In this document: in pieces, positions 57,124 through 64,000 of the stretch
Numbering within the stretch: the first letter of the stretch is position 1
How the letters are laid out: each line of letters starts with the position of its first letter
Sequence record: NC_070882.1
Length of the DNA stretch: 64,000 nucleotides
Reading direction: 5' to 3' (one strand)
Made by a program: the position numbers and the translations under genes
The notes under the pieces: model-generated
Told to the model about the DNA's origin: nothing
The model's input: only the letters and a program-made list of their open reading frames with translations
Database searches by the model: none

Positions 57124-58830
57124 TTATGCTTGTTCTTCTTCTTCAGTTTCGGACTCAGTTTCTTCTTCACTGGCTTCTTCCTGCTCTTCTTCGACTTCTT
57201 CAGTCTCAGATTCAGTAGGAGTTTCATCAGCGTAAGGATCTTCTTCGTCTTCTACTTCCGGAGTTTCAGCCAGGGGACCTTCACCTTCTACTGCATCACC
57301 GACAGCATCGGCAACTTCTTCACTAGTTGGTTCAGTGATTTCCTCTGGCACTTCTTCTGGTTCAGGAAGAGTTGCATTCGGATCAACATCAGGATTGAAT
57401 GTTTCTACTTTGATCTGCTGTGCTTGGAAAATAGCAATCAGCGAAATCAGAGCTTGAGTATTCAATTCACGTAGTTCTGCACCGGGGAAGTTTTGGCCAT
57501 ATTCATCGATAGTATCGAGATACAGCTTATACATCGGTTCGGTGTAGTAAGTACGGCAGATAAGATTACTGAATACGCAGTATGGATTATCCAGATCTTC
57601 GCGCCGAACGAAACGCATGGCGGTAGCCAGTAGTTCACGTACGTTACCGATATTCATTTCACGTAAAGGACCTTCACCACAGTGTGCGAGGAAGGTATCA
57701 ATAACGTCCTGCCGACGACGGCTCTCAGCGTAGTCGAGTGCTGCTTGTTTGATTAGCGGATATGTAGCGGTCCAGCGTTTGATGTAATGATCAGCACGTG
57801 CGTCAATGCCTTGTGCATGTACGACATTACCGCCATCAATAGCTGCACCAAGCAGAGCTTCAACAGAACCACCTTTAACGAGCCAGCTCTCAGCAACGTC
57901 ACCGTTAAGAGTAACAAGTACACGACGGTTTTCAACTGGGCGATGAGCTTCATAACGAAGTACAAGAGTATTAGACTCTCGCATTTCAAGACGATTCTCA
58001 TACGCACGGATGATGTAGAAACCAAGCATCTCGTGGAGTAGACGAACCGTTTGTTCCCATTCTTCCGATGTTACGGATTCACCAGGTACTTCTTGTGGGT
58101 TCTCGATGTAATGACCACAGATGAAATAAGCTAGAGTCAGTTCATCAAGATTAAACGGGAAAGCATTAGGATTGATAAAGCTCAGGTTAGAAACAGTCAA
58201 ACCACGTGCAGTACCAAATAGTTCACTCCAAACGTTTTCTACCCGTTGTGCCGGAATCTTAAGAGCCCATTCAGTAACTTGCTCTTGATCCAGGTGTGGG
58301 TTATTGATGGATACCATCTCGATGATGGTAGCAGCATCAACCGGGCGAAGCATAAAGGTACGATATTCCGGTAGAGGGCGCACTTTAGCATAGCGAGTTT
58401 GGATGTGGTTAACTAGACGAGGATCGTTATGAATCGGGTCGTAGTTGAAAGTGCTGACATCGCAATCCGCTTGAGAACTTACGTTCTGACGGGAGGCATA
58501 GTCAGTGGCCATTGCTTTAATAGCCGGAATGATAACGTTTTGAGTATTGAATTGAATCTTGGCAATAGCGGTATGCATATTGCTGATGATCGCTTCACGT
58601 TCTTCATTAACGTTCTCGGGTGCTTCAACGTTACTTTCGACGAAATGAGCTTCAACGGAAGCAGCCAGTTCATCGGACATTGCAACTTTATTACCTTCGG
58701 TTTCACAGTTGAAACCGTCAGCATATACAGCTAGAGGGAACTCGGGGTTCGGAATTGTCAGAACACGTTCCTGTTCAGTGAATGCTTGAGCTGCATCGCG
58801 AACAGCGTCCAGAGTTTCGGGATTAAACAT
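57124..58830 (-). CDS. Head protein gp177-like (568 aa) with Glu-rich tail
   Basis: AGGAG RBS; S/A/G-x-E sites in the N-terminus; very acidic C-terminus. Confidence 0.6.
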   Translation of the reverse strand: MFNPETLDAVRDAAQAFTEQERVLTIPNPEFPLAVYADGFNCETEGNKVAMSDELAASVEAHFVESNVEAPENVNEEREAIISNMHTAIAKIQFNTQNVIIPAIKAMATDYASRQNVSSQADCDVSTFNYDPIHNDPRLVNHIQTRYAKVRPLPEYRTFMLRPVDAATIIEMVSINNPHLDQEQVTEWALKIPAQRVENVWSELFGTARGLTVSNLSFINPNAFPFNLDELTLAYFICGHYIENPQEVPGESVTSEEWEQTVRLLHEMLGFYIIRAYENRLEMRESNTLVLRYEAHRPVENRRVLVTLNGDVAESWLVKGGSVEALLGAAIDGGNVVHAQGIDARADHYIKRWTATYPLIKQAALDYAESRRRQDVIDTFLAHCGEGPLREMNIGNVRELLATAMRFVRREDLDNPYCVFSNLICRTYYTEPMYKLYLDTIDEYGQNFPGAELRELNTQALISLIAIFQAQQIKVETFNPDVDPNATLPEPEEVPEEITEPTSEEVADAVGDAVEGEGPLAETPEVEDEEDPYADETPTESETEEVEEEQEEASEEETESETEEEEQA

Positions 58831-58842
58831 GTTGACTCCTAA

Positions 58843-59037
58843 TTAACCGAGGAATTTGCACATACGGGCAACGATAGCTGCCTGAATATCTTCTTTGGTC
58901 AGATACTCACCTTCTAGAGTAGCTGCCGAGGTGTCACCGCCGATGGAGCGAAGCAAAGCTTCGGCTCCAAGTTCGGCAGCAGCAGTCAGAACAGCGATGT
59001 TCTGACTGAGTACTACGTTGTTACTTTGATTTTGCAT
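58843..59037 (-). CDS. Small protein (64 aa) overlapping the end of the RNAP beta gene
   Basis: GAGGA RBS; fills the gap exactly; strong codon bias. Confidence 0.7.
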   Translation of the reverse strand: MQNQSNNVVLSQNIAVLTAAAELGAEALLRSIGGDTSAATLEGEYLTKEDIQAAIVARMCKFLG

Positions 59038-62000
59038 TTGTGGTTCCTCGATAGAGAGCAGCTACGTGCTTGGAAAGAGCTTGCTGCAAGATTGTAGTGG
59101 TCGCAATCAGTTTAGGGGACATGACCATCCGTTCTTCAACCGAAGTGTTGCCGAAGATCAGACCAATCGGAGTACCGTCTTCACATTCGTTACGGCCATC
59201 CATTACCCGAGAGAATACAGTTTTCATCTGGTTCGCTACTACACCTTTGTCACCAGTACCACAAGGGATATCATGGTCGATGTAGATTCGGATAACCATG
59301 TTGTCAGGTTCAAGCATTTGACCTTTAACACGGAAGGATGCGTCGACTTCACCTGTGAATTCTGGTTCGTTCAACGACTTGGCCCTATCGGCTCTCTCTT
59401 TATCAGATGCTCTGGCTATCTTCTGAAGATTACTGGACATGTCTTCAATGTCACCATGATAGTAACATTCGATTTTAGAGATGGTCCCTACGACTTTAGC
59501 ACGGGGCGCATTAGCCGAAAGTTTCTTCAGTGTTTCAATAGCAGCGGCACCAAACAGAGAGTTCTCGGCCATTTCGGGGTCTTGAATAGTACATAGAATT
59601 GAATCCAAGTCTACGTGTTCTCCAACTTTGACCAAATTCTCAATCGACTGATCAAATCGAACAGTAATGTTCTTGATGTCAGTTGTCTGAGTATTAAGCT
59701 TAATAGCCACGTCTTTACTAATAACAGATCCGTCTTCAAGTGTATCAAGGTTATCGCAGAATGCAACACGAACCATGACACCAGCTTTCCAAAGAACTTG
59801 TCCAGGGGTATAACGATCTTCGGTAAAATACTTACTATTGAAAGTAAGCGTATCACCGCGTTTGAACTTATCACCCTTCTTAAGTGTGGTAACGAGAGTA
59901 TGCGGATAGTTTACACCCGCCGCAGTACCATGGACGGTTCCAAGCTGAGAACTAAAGATCTCACCGTCAGCATATTTAACTGTAATGCCATGACCGTCTA
60001 CTGCAATCACCTCTCCATCTTGTTCGGCGGCAGACGCAAAGATCGAACTGGTACGTTGAGCGATAATCTGCTCATAACCAGTGCGAAGAGGAGTTACCTC
60101 ATAGCCATCTGCATAGATACCTTGCTGTTGCTGAATACTAACGAAGTTAATCCGTTTCGGGTCATCGTTTGTTGTAGCAACCCCGGTGAGAGCACCGGTA
60201 GATAGCATCTTAGCGGCGCCATCCTTACCTTTCTCAAACAACCGAGTTGTACCACGCATGCTGTTGAAGTTAGCATCAGGAGATAGATAAGCGATTACAC
60301 CCACATCACCAGAGTCTACAGTGGATTCAGAAACTACACCCACGTCAGATTCATGGTAGATACGTGTACGGGCAACCATTGAAGTCGACCCACGACCACC
60401 ATCACCACGATAAGTCATGGCTTCTTGCTCACGTAAGTTAGCGATTGGGTTAGAATCTTCAATAGTAGCTACAGTTGGGTCAGATGCAATCTTACGCCAA
60501 ACTTCGTGTTGGTCCATCACGATCTGTTGATCCGCAGAACCTTCACGGTTGTTGTAGATACGAACAGCGCGGTTCAGACTACCGTAGATAGTTCCTGCCA
60601 TGCGTTCATAACCACGATAGCGCATATATGCACCATCTACTTCTGCTGGTGACCAGTCATTAGTTAGCAGCTCTACGGAACGATACAGTAGCCCTTGGAA
60701 ATCAGTAGGTTCTTTCATTTCTTCCAGCAGACCTTTTGTGATCGGGTCAACGAAAGAAGTAAACAAGCCATCGATTTCACGAGTGTATCGGGCAGACATA
60801 CCAGCTTCTTCTAATAGACGGAAGTAAACATCACGCCGGTCAAAGTCCCATCGAGAGAACTTCTTCAAAGATTGATGGTAACGTTTCAGCCCGGACAACA
60901 CCAACGTCGCACGATAATCTTGACGACTGAATACAAGGATCTCGTCAGAGAATGCCAGTGTATAATCATCAGGACTAACACTAATGCGAGTGCCACGCGG
61001 ATGGCTCTGGTATTGAACTCCAAGTGTATCAAGTAGAGTGGACAGGCCTTGGCGATAACCAAGAATGAAACCAAGTGGAAGCTCTTTGTTAGCAACTGAA
61101 ACTAGAATAGCTTCAAGAGGAGCTTTAACCTGATTAAGACCTAGGATATCTACCATGGTGCCCATGGGTTCAAGTTCATTACCTTCTTTAACATAGAACT
61201 GAGACGAGCTGTCAACCAGAATAGGTAACCGATTATGGGCACCTACTACAACCATCCCATCTTTCTCTAATGCTTCTACCGAAATACCGTAAGTCTTTTG
61301 GAAATATTCGGCATGGTCATCGAACTTAAAATAGAACTCATTTGCTCCGTTCTTGAAAGAACGATAAGCTCTACCCAATGCAGAGTACACTCGCGGTAGA
61401 ACGAACATAGACTGGTCTAGTTCTGCATAACGCACCTCAGTTACAGAGACATCGTTATTATCTCTTGCCCTAACACCAATCTGTCGAATCAACCAAGTAT
61501 CGTAGTTGTTTTCTGCTCGTTCAGAACGTGTAACGAATGTCTTATTGTAATAACTTGTCAGAGCAACTTTAAGTGGGTTTACTTTACGGATTGGAATATC
61601 CGCACGTTGCAGACGCTGACGATAAGTTACACCATTAGAACGGAAACGTCCATCGCGATCGATAACTGGAATACGGAAGCGCAGTTGAGAAGGTCGGCCA
61701 CGAATAGGCTTGACTGTTACAGTGAACGACTGATAATGGTTCATCGCGTCACGTACTTCTTCCATACGAACATCAGTTACTGCAACACCTTGCGCTTGAA
61801 CAGACAAGATAGATTGCATGATGTCTTTAGGTAGAAGAGTCTTCGTGTACTTACGCATCATCGATTTGTGAATAGAACCCAACATCGATTTATCAGTAAT
61901 CGTGGATTTATCAGCGAACTGTTCGACTGGTACTTTAAAGTCTTCTTCTTCATAAACCATCGCCTCAGCGATAGTTTTACCAGATCCAAATGGATCAGGA

Positions 62001-63382
62001 ATAGACTTGTACATAGAAGCATCATCAACGGCTTGTTCAAACGAACGACCAGAGATCATGCCAACTTGATACAGTTCAAATGCTTTTTGTCCAACAGGGT
62101 CTACTAAAGCGTCACCGCTACTAAAAGCAGGTACGACCGATTTAGTTACCGGGGCTGTCTCTACTTTGAGAGTTGGTGTTTTATTGATCGGCGCCGTTTC
62201 GAGCGGATCTTTCTCGATGACGAGAGTAGTTTTCTCAAGCTCGGATTCAGGCGGTGGATCATAAACAACTTCGAGCATCCCGAGATCGAGTAATGTGCTA
62301 ACATTAGATCCAGTTGCATTGGAATCATCGATCGCATCAATGTCGTTAGCTTCTTCAGTTTCTTCAGCACGTTCTGTAACTTCTTCGACTTCTTCGTCGT
62401 CTGTGTCAACCTTATCTTCGGGTTCGATCGGGTCAGTGATCTTTGGAGTTTCAGGTTCGACTTCCATTAGAGTGTCGTTACCATTATTGAACTCAACCAA
62501 AGTAGTCAACAGGCTGATAACTCGACGTTGCATTACATCCGGTTTATAGAAAACTTCAAGACCGAGTTCATCCACAAAACTTTCAGTAGCTACGGTCTCT
62601 TGTTCTGCTATTACTTCTGGTGCATCCCGCCATGCTTCAAGTTGTCCAAGGTTAATAACAAAGAAGTTATTCTGGACACGAATCAGGAAGTTAATCTTTT
62701 CATAAGCTTCTTTAGGTACGATCGACATATAAGACGAAGATCGATTATCACCAAGGAAACGATAAAGATCGAAAACGTTTAATACAGCGTTAGTACGGAA
62801 TTTCTCAAGTAGTGCCTGAGTGGTGCCGCGCTCTAACATCTTAAATTCATTAAACGTTGGCATGGATTCTGGAATATGGAGTTCGATGAACTGATTCCAA
62901 CCAAAGCGTTTATGTACATCAACAACACCTTTCCAGAAAGTAGCGGTGTTGTTACTCCAGCGATACCAGTTAGATTTGAAATTAGCTTGGTACTTCCAGA
63001 GTGGGTTTAGCATGCTGTAGTTAAACACAGCAACGTTTTGAATATTGAGTTTTACAGCCGCATCTTTACGCAGTGGTTTGAAGAAACGGTGTTGGCGACG
63101 GAAATCAGCTTCAAGGGTAGTCGGAATAAGAGAAGTACGCCGAGCGTTACCATCGAGTGTTTCTAGCTGTGTAATGTGTTCAATGAACACCTTTCCCTGC
63201 AACTTAGCAAAGAGGGGGTCCGATTGACTCGGACCCTTTACAGCAGCGTTGTCATCAAGGAACTGATACACTACCTCTTGGGGTAGCTCTAGCTTCGTCA
63301 ACGGGAACAGACGAGGACGCAGTAGTTCGCCTGAGTTTCGAAGACTGTAATTCTTCAGAAACTGATGAATTTTCAAACGCAT
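59021..63382 (-). CDS. rpoB: Virion RNA polymerase beta subunit, N-terminal/main piece (1453 aa; gp178-like)
   Basis: YLSPDA, DDPKRINFVSIQQQQ, FCDNLDTLEDG and GDKGVVANQMKT correspond to RpoB conserved regions; truncated after the GDK region. Confidence 0.88.
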   Translation of the reverse strand: MRLKIHQFLKNYSLRNSGELLRPRLFPLTKLELPQEVVYQFLDDNAAVKGPSQSDPLFAKLQGKVFIEHITQLETLDGNARRTSLIPTTLEADFRRQHRFFKPLRKDAAVKLNIQNVAVFNYSMLNPLWKYQANFKSNWYRWSNNTATFWKGVVDVHKRFGWNQFIELHIPESMPTFNEFKMLERGTTQALLEKFRTNAVLNVFDLYRFLGDNRSSSYMSIVPKEAYEKINFLIRVQNNFFVINLGQLEAWRDAPEVIAEQETVATESFVDELGLEVFYKPDVMQRRVISLLTTLVEFNNGNDTLMEVEPETPKITDPIEPEDKVDTDDEEVEEVTERAEETEEANDIDAIDDSNATGSNVSTLLDLGMLEVVYDPPPESELEKTTLVIEKDPLETAPINKTPTLKVETAPVTKSVVPAFSSGDALVDPVGQKAFELYQVGMISGRSFEQAVDDASMYKSIPDPFGSGKTIAEAMVYEEEDFKVPVEQFADKSTITDKSMLGSIHKSMMRKYTKTLLPKDIMQSILSVQAQGVAVTDVRMEEVRDAMNHYQSFTVTVKPIRGRPSQLRFRIPVIDRDGRFRSNGVTYRQRLQRADIPIRKVNPLKVALTSYYNKTFVTRSERAENNYDTWLIRQIGVRARDNNDVSVTEVRYAELDQSMFVLPRVYSALGRAYRSFKNGANEFYFKFDDHAEYFQKTYGISVEALEKDGMVVVGAHNRLPILVDSSSQFYVKEGNELEPMGTMVDILGLNQVKAPLEAILVSVANKELPLGFILGYRQGLSTLLDTLGVQYQSHPRGTRISVSPDDYTLAFSDEILVFSRQDYRATLVLSGLKRYHQSLKKFSRWDFDRRDVYFRLLEEAGMSARYTREIDGLFTSFVDPITKGLLEEMKEPTDFQGLLYRSVELLTNDWSPAEVDGAYMRYRGYERMAGTIYGSLNRAVRIYNNREGSADQQIVMDQHEVWRKIASDPTVATIEDSNPIANLREQEAMTYRGDGGRGSTSMVARTRIYHESDVGVVSESTVDSGDVGVIAYLSPDANFNSMRGTTRLFEKGKDGAAKMLSTGALTGVATTNDDPKRINFVSIQQQQGIYADGYEVTPLRTGYEQIIAQRTSSIFASAAEQDGEVIAVDGHGITVKYADGEIFSSQLGTVHGTAAGVNYPHTLVTTLKKGDKFKRGDTLTFNSKYFTEDRYTPGQVLWKAGVMVRVAFCDNLDTLEDGSVISKDVAIKLNTQTTDIKNITVRFDQSIENLVKVGEHVDLDSILCTIQDPEMAENSLFGAAAIETLKKLSANAPRAKVVGTISKIECYYHGDIEDMSSNLQKIARASDKERADRAKSLNEPEFTGEVDASFRVKGQMLEPDNMVIRIYIDHDIPCGTGDKGVVANQMKTVFSRVMDGRNECEDGTPIGLIFGNTSVEERMVMSPKLIATTTILQQALSKHVAALYRGTTNAKSK

Positions 63383-63384
63383 GG

Positions 63385-64000
63385 TTAAATCCTACTTTTC
63401 GGTTCCCCAGTCATATACCGGAGAGTTAGATTAAGCGTGTGGATGTTGACACTGAATGCAAGACCACCACCAGCCTTGATATAAGCTAAACGAGATTTAA
63501 AGAATCGATCGGATTCTTCAATAGCTTCTTTAGAATACACGGCGTTGAATGACACGGTATCACCGTCGAAGTCCGCACCAAGAGGAGCAAGTATAGACGG
63601 GGAAATAGACGTGGAGTCATGCCATTGCGCCGGTTCGTTAATAGTGATGATTGGATATTCTAATGCGATCTCAGCATTAGTATCTCGTTCCCAGTCCCAA
63701 CCAAGTGGGTAGCGCATCTCACCTTTAACAGTTGTCTTCACGTACATCTTTACAGGAATAGAACTGTTATAGTTCTCAACAGGGTAACGAGTAACGAATG
63801 CGGAGTTTCTTTTCCACATAGGTAATCCGCTTAGGTAAATCAATTCAGCATAGGAAATAGGACGCACGAACTTCTTGTCGAGCTTCTTCGGCATTTCTTC
63901 AATATCCCTAAAGATCTTGAAGTTTTGCTTGTCATCAAGATAGACCAATGCCAAATAATGCCCAGTGATCTCAATTGCACGAGAACGCTTTTCGATGACC
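63385..64000 (-). CDS. rpoC: Virion RNA polymerase beta-prime piece with catalytic loop (gp180-like); 5' part lies beyond the window
   Basis: LGADFDGD metal-binding motif, VTRYP; frame stays open to the window end (VIEKRSRAIEITGHYLALV), so TTG 63954 is not the start. Confidence 0.9.
   Translation of the reverse strand, partial: VIEKRSRAIEITGHYLALVYLDDKQNFKIFRDIEEMPKKLDKKFVRPISYAELIYLSGLPMWKRNSAFVTRYPVENYNSSIPVKMYVKTTVKGEMRYPLGWDWERDTNAEIALEYPIITINEPAQWHDSTSISPSILAPLGADFDGDTVSFNAVYSKEAIEESDRFFKSRLAYIKAGGGLAFSVNIHTLNLTLRYMTGEPKSRI

Noticed and set aside
63385-63954. 189-aa ORF as a complete small gene
   Set aside because: The TTG start is internal; the frame is open to the window edge and belongs to the larger beta-prime subunit
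59021-64000. Intron, intein or homing endonuclease in the RNAP genes
   Set aside because: The beta ORF is continuous, only 2 nt separate it from the beta-prime ORF, and no HNH/LAGLIDADG or intein motif is visible. The split RNAP itself is established for this phage family.
1-64000. tRNA or rRNA genes
   Set aside because: Intergenic gaps are short and none shows a cloverleaf or the T-loop GTTCGA context; not confirmed with tRNAscan

Overview
The window is a densely coding segment of a phiKZ-like (nucleus-forming, Chimalliviridae-type) jumbo phage, probably infecting Pseudomonas: the endolysin closely resembles phiKZ gp144 and the gene order matches the phiKZ ~gp126-gp180 block as I recall it. 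phiKZ gp assignments come from recalled motifs plus synteny, not from a database search. The window carries the portal, a cluster of paralogous tail-fibre/baseplate genes, a 2OG-Fe(II) oxygenase pair, RuvC, a dispersed lysis module (overlapping spanins, holin candidate, endolysin), collagen-like fibres, three pieces of the split virion RNA polymerase, UvsX/RecA, RNase H, head proteins, PAAR plus central spike, SbcC, early hypothetical-gene islands and the prohead protease. I found no tRNA, rRNA, CRISPR array, integrase, transposase or intron. The most notable unexplained signal is a family of 11 intergenic elements, CATA-N1-2-[GC hairpin]-N2-3-TATG. Their hairpin sequence varies and the spacers are often unpaired, but the flanks are invariant and equal the phiKZ late-promoter tetramer on both strands. 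Other leads: an early protein ending in a ribosomal bL12-like motif, a degenerate NADAR-like protein, an active plus inactive oxygenase pair beside the fibre genes, a second membrane-protein/lipoprotein pair, a LamG accessory cassette and an unannotated 47-aa early membrane protein.
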